Shown piece after piece: positions 1 through 12,149 of a stretch of DNA of 64,000 nucleotides; within the stretch, counting starts at the first letter, position 1, and each line of letters begins with the position of its first letter. The stretch is taken from NCBI GenBank assembly GCA_951406725.2, contig OX597829.1, forward strand, positions 9,858,001 through 9,922,000, written 5' to 3'. The stretch is from Octopus vulgaris (taxonomy: Eukaryota). The notes under the pieces are model-generated. The model saw only the letters and a list, made by a program, of their open reading frames with translations. It was not told where the DNA came from and made no database searches. The position numbers were made by a program, and so were the translations under genes.

Positions 1-186
1 TCGTTGACACATCGGACAAAATACTTAGCAGCAGTTTGTCCGTTTTTACGTTCTGAGGTCAAATTCCGCCGAGGTCAACTCTGCCATTCATCCTTGCGTG
101 GTTGACAAAATAATCACAAGTTCAGGACTGGGATTGATGTAATCGCCTTAAAACTTCTCAAAATTTGCTGGATTTGTGCCAAAATT
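1..186 (+). mobile_element. tRNA-derived SINE, family A (5' end cut by window edge)
   Basis: Matches the fuller copies at 18577 and 37735: B-box-like region, 'gaggtcaactctgccattcatcct...gacaaaataa' body, ATT-rich tail. Confidence 0.75.
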
Positions 187-207
187 TGAAACTATTCTTT
201 CCCTTCT

Positions 208-420
<213 letters not shown>

Positions 421-756
421 AATTGTTTGATACCTTCTGCAATTTTGTTTCGTCTCGGTCTATTCTGAAGAGTGACATTCTAAAGAGTGACATTGCATTT
501 CACCACCAGTTTAACGTATCTATTTACAGAAGATAAGTATTATTATAGATTGTACTGAAGCCCTTCAAATGGATCGCTTTTAATATTCGATGATACAGTT
601 TTGTCGCGCTCTTCATCATGTTCAATCAGCTCGGCGTGAACAATAAAGTTAAACCACAACGTGGTACACTCAGCCACTGAAAATTCAATGTTCATTTAGT
701 TCAGCTTCTCAAGCAACTTGAAGGCCTTGGTCAGAAATTCCGATAGCGGCTCTTAC

Positions 757-758
757 GC

Positions 759-803
<45 letters not shown>

Positions 804-997
804 TACAGATCGAGAGAGTGTGTATGTATGAGAGAGATGCACATGCATATATATGTACACACATATATACATACTTACACACACATACATACACACACAT
901 ACATACACACACATACATACATACAAACATACATACATATATACATACATACACACACACATACATACATACATACATACATACATACATACATACA

Positions 998-1026
<29 letters not shown>
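757..1026. repeat. (CA)n grading into (TACA)n microsatellite
   Basis: Direct inspection. Confidence 0.95.
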
Positions 1027-1027
<1 letters not shown>

Positions 1028-1028
<1 letters not shown>

Positions 1029-1873
1029 TGAAGAAGACAGTAGAATTGACATGAAGCGCAGCCTCTCTTAGACGCAAGACCACTACATCACATGAAGCTT
1101 TCAGGACTATGCATTCGCAATCCAGAAACAGGTGACTGCCACAAAGTACCTGGTGACCAAAAGAGACAGTGACGCCCTTGTAATCCCAAGGTGCAACCGC
1201 ATGTGTAGGCTATGTCGTGTTTCTGTGGAAGACATCACACATGTGATTAGCAGCTGTCCTAAAATCTTGTCACGGTACTACCTCCCTATGCGGCACGATG
1301 TTGTTAAAAATTTTAAATGGCACCCGAAAAAAAGACTGTTCTGAAATAAACTTTAAAAATCCCTCTGTTATGGAATACATTCATAAACACCAACTCAAGG
1401 AATACTCGTGGAATATTCCCATCAAAGCATCTGTCAAATGTAAACATAACAGGCCGGATATTGTTGTTTGGGACAGAGGGGCAAAGGTATGTACCATCAT
1501 AGAGGTTAGCTGCCCTGCTGATATAAATATCTCTTTGAAAATCAAAGACAAAAAGGATATCTATGGACAACTGATTCGAAACCTCCAGCTTCTGTATCCA
1601 GACTATGAATTCATATTCATACCAATAATAATTGGTGCAATAGGTTTTGTCAGTAAATGTTTAAAGGAGAATCTGGATAAACTGGGATTTTCAGAAAGAG
1701 AAACTGAGCGGCTAATTCGTACATTACAAGTGCAATCTGTGAGTGGAACAATAAAAATATGCAAGACTTTTCTCAAGTTCCAAATGTGAATTTGTTCTTT
1801 GTTAACTATATCTTTGTGAAAATCGGCTCCCTCTTCAGTGGAAGATTAATAATAATTAAAAAAATAGAAGTCA
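1028..1873 (+). mobile_element. 5'-truncated R4/Dong-like non-LTR retrotransposon (Zn knuckle + restriction-like endonuclease + 3'UTR)
   Basis: Encodes AFAIQKQVTATKYL, CRLC..EDITHVISSC, RHD and RPDIVVWD..IIEVSCP..K..Y (PD-(D/E)xK). One stop and one frameshift. (TACA)n on both sides. Confidence 0.9.
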
Positions 1874-1927
1874 CATACATACATACATACATACATACAT
1901 GCATGCATACATACATACATACATACA

Positions 1928-1961
<34 letters not shown>

Positions 1962-2231
1962 CATACATACATACATACATACATACATACGTACATACAT
2001 ACATACATACATACATACATACATACATGCATGCATACATACATACATACATACATACATACATACATACATACATACATACATACATACATACATACAT
2101 GCATGCATGCACACTTACATACATACATACATACATGCATGCATACATATATACATCCATCCATCCATACATACATACATGCATACATACATACATACAT
2201 ACATACATACATACATACATACATACATACA

Positions 2232-2262
<31 letters not shown>
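1874..2262. repeat. (TACA)n microsatellite
   Basis: Direct inspection. Confidence 0.95.
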
Positions 2263-2266
<4 letters not shown>

Positions 2267-2277
2267 CCGATATATAC

Positions 2278-2682
2278 GCGTCACTGTCTCTTTTGGTCAC
2301 CAGGTACTTTGTGGCAGTCACCTGTTTCTGGATTGCGAACGCATAATCCTGAAAGCTTCATGTGATGTAGTGGTCTTGCGTCTGAGTCGTCCATAATCGA
2401 AACCATAACAACTTCATGTCATTAATCTTTCTGTGCAAAATGGTACCAGCTGTTTGAAAGTCCTCGCGGGCCGGTTTTTGTAGCAGATTTCGTTCTCCAC
2501 TACGACTGGTGATTAAAATCTTTTCATGACTGTATTGAATGGCAGTAAACTCTCCACGAGGTCCTCTGCTCATATTTTTCACCGTCCAAAACTTACCCTT
2601 GTCACCAAGTAAGCTTGGCAGATTTGTGGGTTTAGTCACCGACGACCAAAACACGCAACAGGTTGTACATGCTAACTGCAAG

Positions 2683-2683
<1 letters not shown>
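2278..2683 (-). mobile_element. Inverted R4/Dong-like fragment
   Basis: 2278-2383 is the reverse complement of 1070-1175 (2 mismatches). The rest is only loosely similar. Followed by (TATG)n at 2684-2780. Confidence 0.7.
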
Positions 2684-2716
<33 letters not shown>

Positions 2717-2994
2717 TGTATGTATGTATGTATGTATGTATGTATGTATGTATGTATGTATGTATGTATGTATGTATGTACTCTCACAAAGCAATATAAT
2801 CTAAGAAATAGGTTACTTAGTACGACGTTGTTTACGTTAATTTTTTCTTGAAACACTATGATGTTTTGATTTAGATATACGTGAATTTTGTATATTTTTT
2901 CTTCCACGAAAGTTACCTTTAAATTTATAGACATATATTACACGCATACACATGCCTGTATGTATTTACATACATATATATCATTACCTATCAT

Positions 2995-3039
<45 letters not shown>

Positions 3040-3040
<1 letters not shown>

Positions 3041-3338
3041 ATTGTCTTTTGGGGCATTACGATTTTCATGTGTCTTCATATAGTTCACGTATCCTGCTTT
3101 TGACAACAGAACACGATCACATATAATACACATCCAACGTCCACTGTAAATTACAGTTCCATTTATTCCTTTGAGACAGGCCCTTGCGATAGTTCTGAGC
3201 GCTGAATCATCTTTTCCTCCCAGGCATTGCAACCAGTCCTAACAGCACCTCTCCGCTTGTTCCGATCAATGACATCATTTTCACAATCACTTTTGTTCAT
3301 ATCTAATTTCTTCAGGTTTTCCTTCACACAATCTTTAT
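3040..3338 (-). mobile_element. RTE-clade LINE 3' fragment
   Basis: KDCVKENLKK..DRNKRRGAV and C-terminal CIICDRVLLSKAGY..MKTH, comparable to the C-terminus of the RTE at 62786. Confidence 0.7.
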
Positions 3339-3534
3339 ACACACACACACACGCAAACACACACACACACACGCACACGCACATACACACACACACACAC
3401 AAACCCAAACACACATACACACATATAGATAGCAAGCAAACAGACAAGCAGAAAAGCAGAGATAGATAGATAGATAAACAGACAGACAAACATGCAGACA
3501 GATATATATATATGTGTGTGTGTGTGTGTGTATA

Positions 3535-4288
3535 TGTAAAAAAATACAAACTGGGACGAGAACGCAAGACATTTAGAACACGATACAAAAAACACGGACG
3601 GGACATTCGATGGCTTCAATCTTCAGTCAAGAACCGGATCATCCTCGCAATTTCGGCTGATTAATCTTGAGATTGCTCCGACCTGGCCAGCCCCAAAGGA
3701 AAATCTAAGCCAAGCGCATTAGATTCCTTGGAAGAAAGCCTCGAATGTATACAAAACAAGGATGGGAACGAATAAGAATACAAAAATGCGTAAAAATAAT
3801 AATGATAACATGAATAGGAATACGAAAATACGTAAAAACAACAATGATAATAATAATAATAAAAGCGACGTCACAGACAAGCGTCTTTTCGACAGGACGG
3901 GTGAACTTGAGCTGGCGCATTAGAAAAATGCCTTGAGACGAAGAGAGAAAATAGATGTGTCTAGCCTCGGCGGCTGCTGACCCCGGAAAGGACAGCAGTC
4001 CAAAGTTAGTCACGTGTGAGGAGAAGAGAGAGGAAAAGAGGGACAGAGAAAGAGAGAAAAAAGGGGAACAAGGAACAAAGGAGGAGGAGAAGAGAGAGAA
4101 AGAGACAGATCAAAGTGGAGTGCAAAGTGTGAAAGGCAGAGAAATGTAGGAGAGGGGGGGGAGACAGTGTTATAGAGTCGTACCAAGTTTAAAGAAAATA
4201 TGTACTTACATACAAGACCAAAAAGGGTACGGGCGTCGCTATATATATATGTATAGGTAAAAATATACAGACTGTGACAAGAACGCAA
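3535..4288. repeat. Unclassified interspersed repeat between TA/TG runs, possibly Penelope pseudo-LTR derived
   Basis: Its first ~29 nt (aaaaaatacaaactgggacgagaacgcaa) recur near 4259-4288 after a short TA run, a partial-tandem arrangement. Confidence 0.4.
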
Positions 4289-4344
4289 TATATATATATA
4301 TATTACCTTATTTACTGTGGTTAACCCCGAATCAACCCGGGACC

Positions 4345-4602
<258 letters not shown>

Positions 4603-5582
4603 AGTTTCTTTATTGGCCACACAGGGCTGCACACAGATGGGACAAGTTACAAGGTAGAGCCTTTCTTTTGGGGGATGAAGAGAACAAAAAACAAAAGAAA
4701 AAAAAAAGGGGGGTGGCGTAGGTTTTCGATCAAGAGGGATCGTAAAAGGGAAGAAAAGAACAAAAAAAAATTGAATAAAATAAAAGGAATAAAAAGAAAA
4801 AAAAAAGAAAAGGAAAAGGAACAAAAGGAAAGAGAAATGAAAAAAGAAGAAAAAAGGGGAAAAAAGGGGAAAGAGGAAAAAAAACGATCAATAGGGATCG
4901 TGTATCACAGTGTTATGATATATGGTGTAAAGGGGAAAGCAAGTAAGGTTTATCCGTGGGAAGAAAAGCCTACGAAAAAGACCACGGTAACCTTGGTCAA
5001 TATTGTTATATGTTACCACATTTGTTTGCAAGTGGGTAACCCTCTGTTTTCAATTTCTGGGTTCATAGGATTATGCTCAAGGTGGCTTCGTCATTCATAC
5101 GTGCCATCCTTGCTACATTCACCCATCTTTTTTTAAAACATTCGCTAGACAAAACTTGCCTCTCTACTCTCACTTTCCTTTTCAAGTGGTACTTGAAGAA
5201 GTTGATGAGAGATTGACCAGAGAGGAAAGTGTTTTTCTCCAATCCTTTCAGACGCGTCCACCAGATACATTCTTTCGCCATAGCCACAAGGATGATGAAA
5301 ATAGCTCTTCCTTCCCGTTTGAAGGAAGGAGGCGTGACAATATTGACGATAGACTCAGCTGATAAACCGACTCGTCCCACACGTGACAGCAGTTGTTCGA
5401 CATAAGCCCACAGGTCGGAAATTGTTGGACACTGCACGAGTGCGTGCAGAACGGTTTCGTCACTCTGACCGCATCTCGGGCAGGGCGGCCCCGTGTTTCT
5501 CGAGCCGTGTCTGTAGAGCTTATCCCGAACGGGTAGCGCTTCTCGGTAGCACTGCCAGGCCAGGGATCTCTGGAAGTTGTCC
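4603..5582 (-). mobile_element. Young 5'-truncated Tx1/L1-clade LINE (zf-RVT C-terminus + 3'UTR) with 15-bp TSD
   Basis: Open frame MDNFQRSLAWQCYREALPVRDKL..CPRCGQSDETVLHALVQC..FKKRW. AATAAA just before the 3' end. ATAGACAGACAGATA duplicated at 4588-4602 and 5583-5597. Confidence 0.92.
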
Positions 5583-5866
<284 letters not shown>

Positions 5867-6429
5867 TTGTTGCTCCAATCGACTCAGCTAAAAACGAACG
5901 TTAATTTTGCACCTTATCCACAAAGTGTTGCACAATCAGCTGCACAGAAGCCAGATTCAACTCCATCCCAGATAAGGATATGCGTCCGAGAATGACATCT
6001 TTGAAATGTGTATACGTTCCCATTCACACGGAAATACACATACATATCTATGTACATAAATTAGCGCATACATATATGTGCTAGAATACCCGTTATAGTA
6101 CATGCAACAGTGCGTGCGCGTGTGTGTGTGTTTGTGTAAACATATGCACACATATGATAGTTTTATGCGTCATATATTGTAAATAATAGAAACAATATCT
6201 CGTGATGTGTTATGTTTTCTACATGTACTCTGTGACACACAGAAACTACAGATTCATAAATGATATAAGAACAAAAATACGAGCATTTAAACTTTAAACC
6301 CCACCACTAACATTCACACGTACACACACGCGTAATTTTACCCATGAGATAGAAATCAATGTTTCTGAAAGTAAGACGGAAATAGTGCTATAGCTTTTGG
6401 TTTAGAATGAAATCATGCAATAAACCATA

Positions 6430-7350
6430 CGCATAATCATGTATTTATACAAACAAGAACAAAATGAGTGATGAGTCGTAATTCGTTCCAAAGATATACA
6501 AACGACTTTCTAATCAGACCTTGTTTCTGGTCGAGTAGAATAACATATGTCAAGGAACGAAGTTAGACTAGCCCCACAGAACCATTATCTAAAAGTACCA
6601 AGTTTTCAGTAGTCCACTCAAAGCCTTCCATGTAGATTTATAAATATAAACTTTGGTAAAGTTGTTTTATCAGAGATGTATTAACAAACTGCAGTTGGCA
6701 ATTTCTGGTAACTCATTTGACTTTTGCGATTTTTATGTGAACTTAATGGTCAATAGCTCGCCCTTGGCATATTTTCAGTCTGCTACCAGTTACTATTGAC
6801 AGCTGTCAAAAGATATATGATAAAGCTCGTGAAGTAAACGTTCAAATCTCGGAAAGATGCTCACCATAAACCCATATATTCACTATATTGTCTTTTGCAA
6901 TCGGTTTTCCGCAATTTTCTGTCTTTGGTCGAAATTCTGGGGAGATTGTCAAGGTTGGTAGCTAAGTTAACCGTGTCCATTTCGCCATGTGAACAAACTG
7001 CTGCTGAAAAAACACATTAAATCGAAATTTGTTTTGTTTCAACACTGTCCCTTGATACATCGAACAAAGTTTTTACCCTAGATTTTTAGAGCACTAGTTG
7101 TAGTTCAAACAATATATCTTTCGAACTTTGCGTCGAGGAAATGATCAATCACCAGTCACCCTTCAAAGTCGGCATAAGCAATGCCTGTTCTGTTCGCTCG
7201 TCGAATCATTTCATTAGCTTTTTCTCTAATCTGCTCTTCTCTATTTCGACATCTTTACTGAAACTGGCAGTTTCTGCTTTAATTTTCCATTTTAGTGACA
7301 ATGGCTGTTATTTTTACATCTGTCAAGGGAATGAAAAGATGATACACCGT
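6430..7350 (-). pseudogene. Old Tx1 ORF2 relic (linker to RT N-terminus)
   Basis: Minus-strand patches KWKIKAETASFSKDVEIEK, DHFLDAKFE, LDNLPRIS, HELY and NW*Q are collinear with ORF2 of the copies at 21980-22950 and 29700-30590. Confidence 0.65.
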
Positions 7351-7459
7351 TGTTTGTAGCAATCGTAGTTGTTTGAGCGTAAAAGGCTGGAACAAACGCC
7401 ACGGCAAAGCATTTAGTCCGATTCTGATGCAATTCCGGGCAATTCGTTGCCGTCGACAG

Positions 7460-7597
7460 GTAAATTATGTATCGATTCCGAAAAGATGAAAAGCAAGGTT
7501 GACGATTTCGCTAGGATTTAAACTTAGAAGCACAGAGAATTGAAACAAAGATCTCAAGATATTATTTTCAGTTTCGCATGACTCTACCAAATTACCT
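7460..7597 (-). mobile_element. Degraded SINE family A
   Basis: 'atcgattccgaaaagatgaaaagcaaggttgac' is the reverse complement of the SINE A core. Confidence 0.55.
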
Positions 7598-7633
7598 ATT
7601 GTCACACACTCTCTCTGCCTTTCTCTTTCTCAC

Positions 7634-7683
<50 letters not shown>

Positions 7684-8229
7684 ACTCTTTCTCACACACA
7701 CTCAGCTTTTATATATGTAGATATACTGACTTTAGAATATGATGCCAGGTTTTAAAACAGAGTTGGTTTGACCTTTTGTTGTATGAGGCAATATTCCAAA
7801 AATCCCTTTCAAAAGCAGTAGTGAAAGCGATATTTGGAAAATACAACGGGTCTATAATGAACATCGTTTCGATAGATATTAAATGACATAAGACCTTGAT
7901 ATCAACTACAGAGTTTCACAGAAGCAGCGATGTCGACATTCTTTAAAACAAAAGAGAAAAGCTTACAGTAAGAATAAACTTTTGGGCACCATTTAGTAAC
8001 ACCCAGACAGTATCTACCGAACAATAATAGCAAAAATGATCAAAAGTGAAGAGATTAACATCGTACGAATCGGTATTGAATTCCTCAAAAAGTATTAATT
8101 TCCTTATGTGATACCAGAATTGCAGGACTAATATACTGCAACTTGAACCTGAAAGAGTTACATAGCGATTAAGCAGCAGAGTGTTTAATGATAGCATCAG
8201 CCTCAAGTTTAGTTATGTTACCGTTAATT

Positions 8230-8660
8230 TGAGGATGGTGATATTATTAATATGAAGTGAAAACACTGTTGGACTTGTGACTCTTATGGTATTTCGAAGG
8301 TTATACTCATGCAATTATAGAGATATCTAAAGTGCATCAGAGACAGTGAAGCTCTTAAGCCACCTAGAGGGGACCGAAAATGTGGATTATGTCACACTTC
8401 TATGGAAGATATTACACATTTGAGTGGCAACAGCCCCCAAATGTTATCAATGCTCATTGCGACAGCCCTACGATAAATGTAGACAATGTCCCTACAATTA
8501 ACTATTGGTGCACTTGTTTATGTTAGTAAATGTCTGAGTGATATCCTCGAAAAACTTGGCTTTCAGACAAAACACGTGACAAGCTAATACTCACTTTTCA
8601 AAAAGAATCTCTAAGTAGAATAATAAAAACATACAAAATTTTTCTCAACTTCAACACTTA
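8230..8660 (+). mobile_element. Old, internally deleted R4/Dong-like relic
   Basis: Nucleotide similarity to 1100-1270 (agagacagtga; tggaagatattacacat) and to 1620-1790 (attggtgca..gttagtaaatgt..aaacttggctttcaga..tttctcaa). Confidence 0.7.
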
Positions 8661-8779
8661 ATGATCTTGTTAATCAAATTCCAGGGATGCAGCTTTGTTA
8701 GAGACTTATTCCAACATTGTAGGAATAATTCAAATTAAAAATGAAATGTAGATTAAAACACAATACAGATTCCCGCATG

Positions 8780-9490
8780 TAGGAGACGCCTTCACAGAAA
8801 CTCCAGCAACTCTATTACAAATCCAAGTTAAACAAAACGGTTGATCCTTTCGTCCAAATCCTGTTTGCAAAACTTCCATCTGTGTTTCGTATTTATACAC
8901 TCTACCTGTTAGAGAATATCGAAAGCTATTTCGTGTTAAATCTTCAACTGTTAGATGTAGGGAGACATTTGACATTTTTGAAATATACTGGATTGCTATG
9001 GATGGATTGCATTTCCTTATAAGTCTGTTCGACCAAGGATAACTTAGAGTTAAGCAACAACAACCTTTTATGAATATTAGAAAAGGCCTATACTTCTGTT
9101 TTCACTCTCACTTCCCTATATATGGTACTTAAAGAAGTTGAAACGATTTTAATTAGGATTGAAAGCTCACTGCTCTCACTGATTGAAGCTTCTCCAGTAA
9201 ATTACTTCTTTCCCCATAACTACCAAAGAAAAGCGAACAAAGAAGTAATCCTTTTAATCTTTGCTAAAGTCGAACATCAGGACGATTTTAATGACGTACT
9301 TCAGAGTACCACAAAAGATAGTAGTTGAGACAAAAGATAGTAGCCTTCTTCGGACACCGAGAGTAACTACACATGTCACGTTACTTTATTGTGGTGTACT
9401 TCGATAAAAATTTACACACAGATGAATTTTAAAACTTATTTTTAACTAGTAACGAGCCTCTAAATAAAACTCTCAGGTCATGGGTTTTGG
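8780..9490 (+). mobile_element. Degraded Penelope-like relic (RT C-terminus to GIY-YIG)
   Basis: Scattered, frameshifted motifs in the expected order: KQNG..PF, SVFR, LSLPYI, RIESSL, KEVIL, RTS.R, EPL.IKTL. Confidence 0.4.
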
Positions 9491-9550
9491 AAGACTGTGT
9501 CTAATCCCCGAAAAACCATTTCTGCTTTTGTTATTGCATCACATACACCC

Positions 9551-10100
9551 AGGAGTGGCTGTGTGGTACTTAAAGAAGTTGAAACGATTTTAATTAGGAC
9601 TGAAAGCTCATTGCCCTCACTGATCGAAGCTTCTCCAGTAAATTACTTCTTTCCCCATAACTACCAAAGAAAATCGAACAAAGAAGTAATCCTTTTAATC
9701 TTCACTAAAGTCGAACATCAGGACGATTTTAATGCTTACCAGCCACATGGTTCCGGGTTCAGTCCCACTGTGTGGCAACTTGGGCAAGTGTCATCTACTA
9801 AAGCCTCGAGCTGGCCAAAGCCTTGTGAATGGTAGACGTAAACTGAAAGATGCCCGTCGTATATACGTATATATGTGTGTATGTGTGTTTGTGTGTCTGA
9901 GTTTGTCCCCCCAACATTGCTTCACAACCAATGCTGGTGTGTTTACGTCCCCGTAACTTAGCGGTTTGATAAAAGAGTCCGATAGAATAAGTACTAGACT
10001 TACAAAGAATAAGTAGTCCTGGGGTCAATTTGCTCGACTAAAGGCGGTGCTACAGCATGGCCGCAGTCAAATGACTGAAACAAGTAAATGAGTAAAAGAA
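9551..10100 (+). mobile_element. tRNA-derived CORE-like SINE, family B, interrupted by a 171-bp templated insertion
   Basis: A-box TGGCTGTGTGG, B-box GGTTCAGTCCC, 'cttgggcaagtg' CORE-like motif, tail 'gactgaaacaagtaaa'. Compare the copy at 17092-17498. Confidence 0.88.
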
Positions 10101-10105
10101 TATAG

Positions 10106-10625
10106 CAGTGATTCTCAACGTGGAACAAACGACCCACCGGTGGGGCTTTGGAAAACCGTGGTTGGGCGTAGGATCCAAAAGTCTTTCTTCTCTTAGTGCC
10201 ACATGGAATTGTGAAAATCTTTTTTTACACAGCAAACCTACACTACACCTACACTAAGCCTAGCCAAGCCAATCCCTCTAGCCAGGCATCCGGTGTGAAG
10301 ACTGTTTGCTATTGTGTAGCGCTATTTTAATGCTGAAGCGAAAGAAATTTCCTCCTTGATCCAAAGAAATCTGCCGTAGTCGTCAGACACAAGGTTCTAA
10401 TTAAAGTAATTCTCTTTTTTCTTTTCTTAGTCAATTTGTTTTTTGTGCTCAATACTTAATACTTTTGTGCTCAATACTTAATAAAAGAGTTACCGGTAGA
10501 TTCCTTGTATTAAATAATTGTAATAAAATATTTAAAAAATTAAGTTTTTTTCTTTCAACAACCGGTGGGGGATACATTTTCTAGGAAGTTATAGTGGAGC
10601 GTGGAATAAAATTGAATGGAAACCA
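10106..10625. mobile_element. hAT (Charlie-like) MITE
   Basis: Begins CAGTGATTCTCAAC; right TIR decayed (ttgaatggaaacca). Confidence 0.55.
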
Positions 10626-10629
10626 AAAG

Positions 10630-11110
10630 CAGACATTCACCAACAGCATTGACTGGCTTGTACTAAGTTGTGTTTAAGAAAAGACGATTACATCTACTTG
10701 ATATCAGGAATCTGTACAGATGCCGTAGTTTTACCATGTCTCTACATCAAAAACTTTGTATTTCGAATTCTGTGCAAGATGAAAGATTTTTCCAACAGTG
10801 CTCATGAGAAATGTCTTTAAATGCCGAAAAAAATTGCTTTTCGTCTCCTGTTGATACAGATAGAAGTGACCGTCTTACCGTTAAGTAACACCACCGACCT
10901 ACCATCCTCATCCCGGAAGCACGCATATTTATCGTAATATATAGATCTTTATGAAACAACATTCCTAATCCATTTCAGTCCGAATAAATTGGTAGCGACA
11001 CTAACCCAACTGCAATCCAGGAGGAGGTCGAATGAATGCATCCTGGAACCTGATTCTAGACGCATGTCCTCCTAAGCCGATGATAGTGGATATTTGTTAC
11101 GCATGTCAGT
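10630..11110 (-). pseudogene. Old Tx1 APE-endonuclease relic
   Basis: Minus-strand LFHKDLYITI..EDGRSVVL..TGDEKQFF and a TW motif parallel VLFRESLGVEV..PEGRLVVVD..KTDFF at 29080-29240. Confidence 0.6.
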
Positions 11111-11183
11111 AGTGATATGGGATGGACTTTAGAAAGACAAACTATCCTACTGTACAAAAATATTTTCTATTAGCATTATATAT

Positions 11184-11216
<33 letters not shown>

Positions 11217-11299
11217 TATATATATTTTTTAAAATGTAGAGGTAACACTCTAGTAAGTAGATACTTATGACAAAGAAGAACGAAAGTACTACTTTTTAA

Positions 11300-11655
11300 A
11301 AAATTAGTTACATTTAAATTTCTTTATATAAATACATTAAAAAAATGTTTTTGTTTTACATGTTTCTGTTGTTGAAAAACCGTATCAAAAATATGTACTA
11401 AAATGGAATATGTAGAGAAAAAAAGATTATTAATAAAATAAACGTTCATGTTGTACTTTTCGTTTTCCTGTAAGAGCACACGGTAATTTCCATTATTTTT
11501 CGTGGCATTTAAATTACAACTAGATTTCATGTCTTCATTAATAAAGGTAGAATAAGATTGAATGAAATTAATGTAGGTAGATTTCTCTGTATAACCTGCT
11601 TTAAGGCAGAGTTATAAAATTCAGCTTTATCATTGCGTTCAGTTCATCACTTTAC
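11300..11655 (-). mobile_element. Penelope-like RT C-terminus/linker relic
   Basis: Minus-strand KAEFYNSALK.AGYTEK and KHVKQKHFFNVFIKKF resemble the Y..ALKKSGY and KNVKTNIGK.FL.LI.KHF linker motifs. Confidence 0.5.
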
Positions 11656-11662
11656 ATATCCA

Positions 11663-12125
11663 TCATATTCCTCGAGTATAGTTCGCCCTTGAGTATAATA
11701 GGCACCCCTTCTCTAACTTGAGTCAAGGAGGTCTGTATAACGTCCTTGGTTCATAAAAATGTATACAGTAACATCCTTTATTATTATTGTATATATAACA
11801 TAATGCAAACGTGTTTTTTTTTTGTGCATTTTGTTTGCAGAAAATAAAGAAATAGCAGTAATAATAATAATAACGTTTAATAAATGTTGCTTACTGCAAG
11901 TTATGGATGATTCTTTTATGACTTCATTGCTTTCAGGCTTAGCTTAAGGTATTTTCGCGCCCGACATCACAGAATGCGTCTGAATAAACATTGCCGGACA
12001 GCAAATATAGACTCGGACATTGCTTAAGAAATAATTTTCATTTTTAACCTCGTATATAGTACGCACTAGGGATTTTGGCCTTTAAATTTGGGTAAAAAAT
12101 GCGGATCATACTCGAGGATTTACGG
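11663..12125. mobile_element. Tc1/mariner-pogo-type non-autonomous element
   Basis: Imperfect TIRs tcatattcctcgagtatagttcgc / gcggatcatactcgaggatttacgg followed by TA; subterminal repeat of the TIR motif. Confidence 0.75.
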
Positions 12126-12149
12126 TAATAAAGTATATATATATATATA

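Noticed and set aside
540-750. Minus-strand peptide LSEFLTKAFKLLEKLN*MNIEF, faintly hAT-like
   Set aside because: Too short, interrupted, and without TIR support.
3590-3680. Minus-strand CTGAAGA...CGAAT hammerhead-like motif
   Set aside because: GAAA and stem III are missing.
11255-11296. CTTATGA...CGAAAGTACTA as a second hammerhead that would bracket a retrozyme-like circle
   Set aside because: G5 is mutated and stems I and II do not pair, so a two-ribozyme circular RNA model is unsupported.
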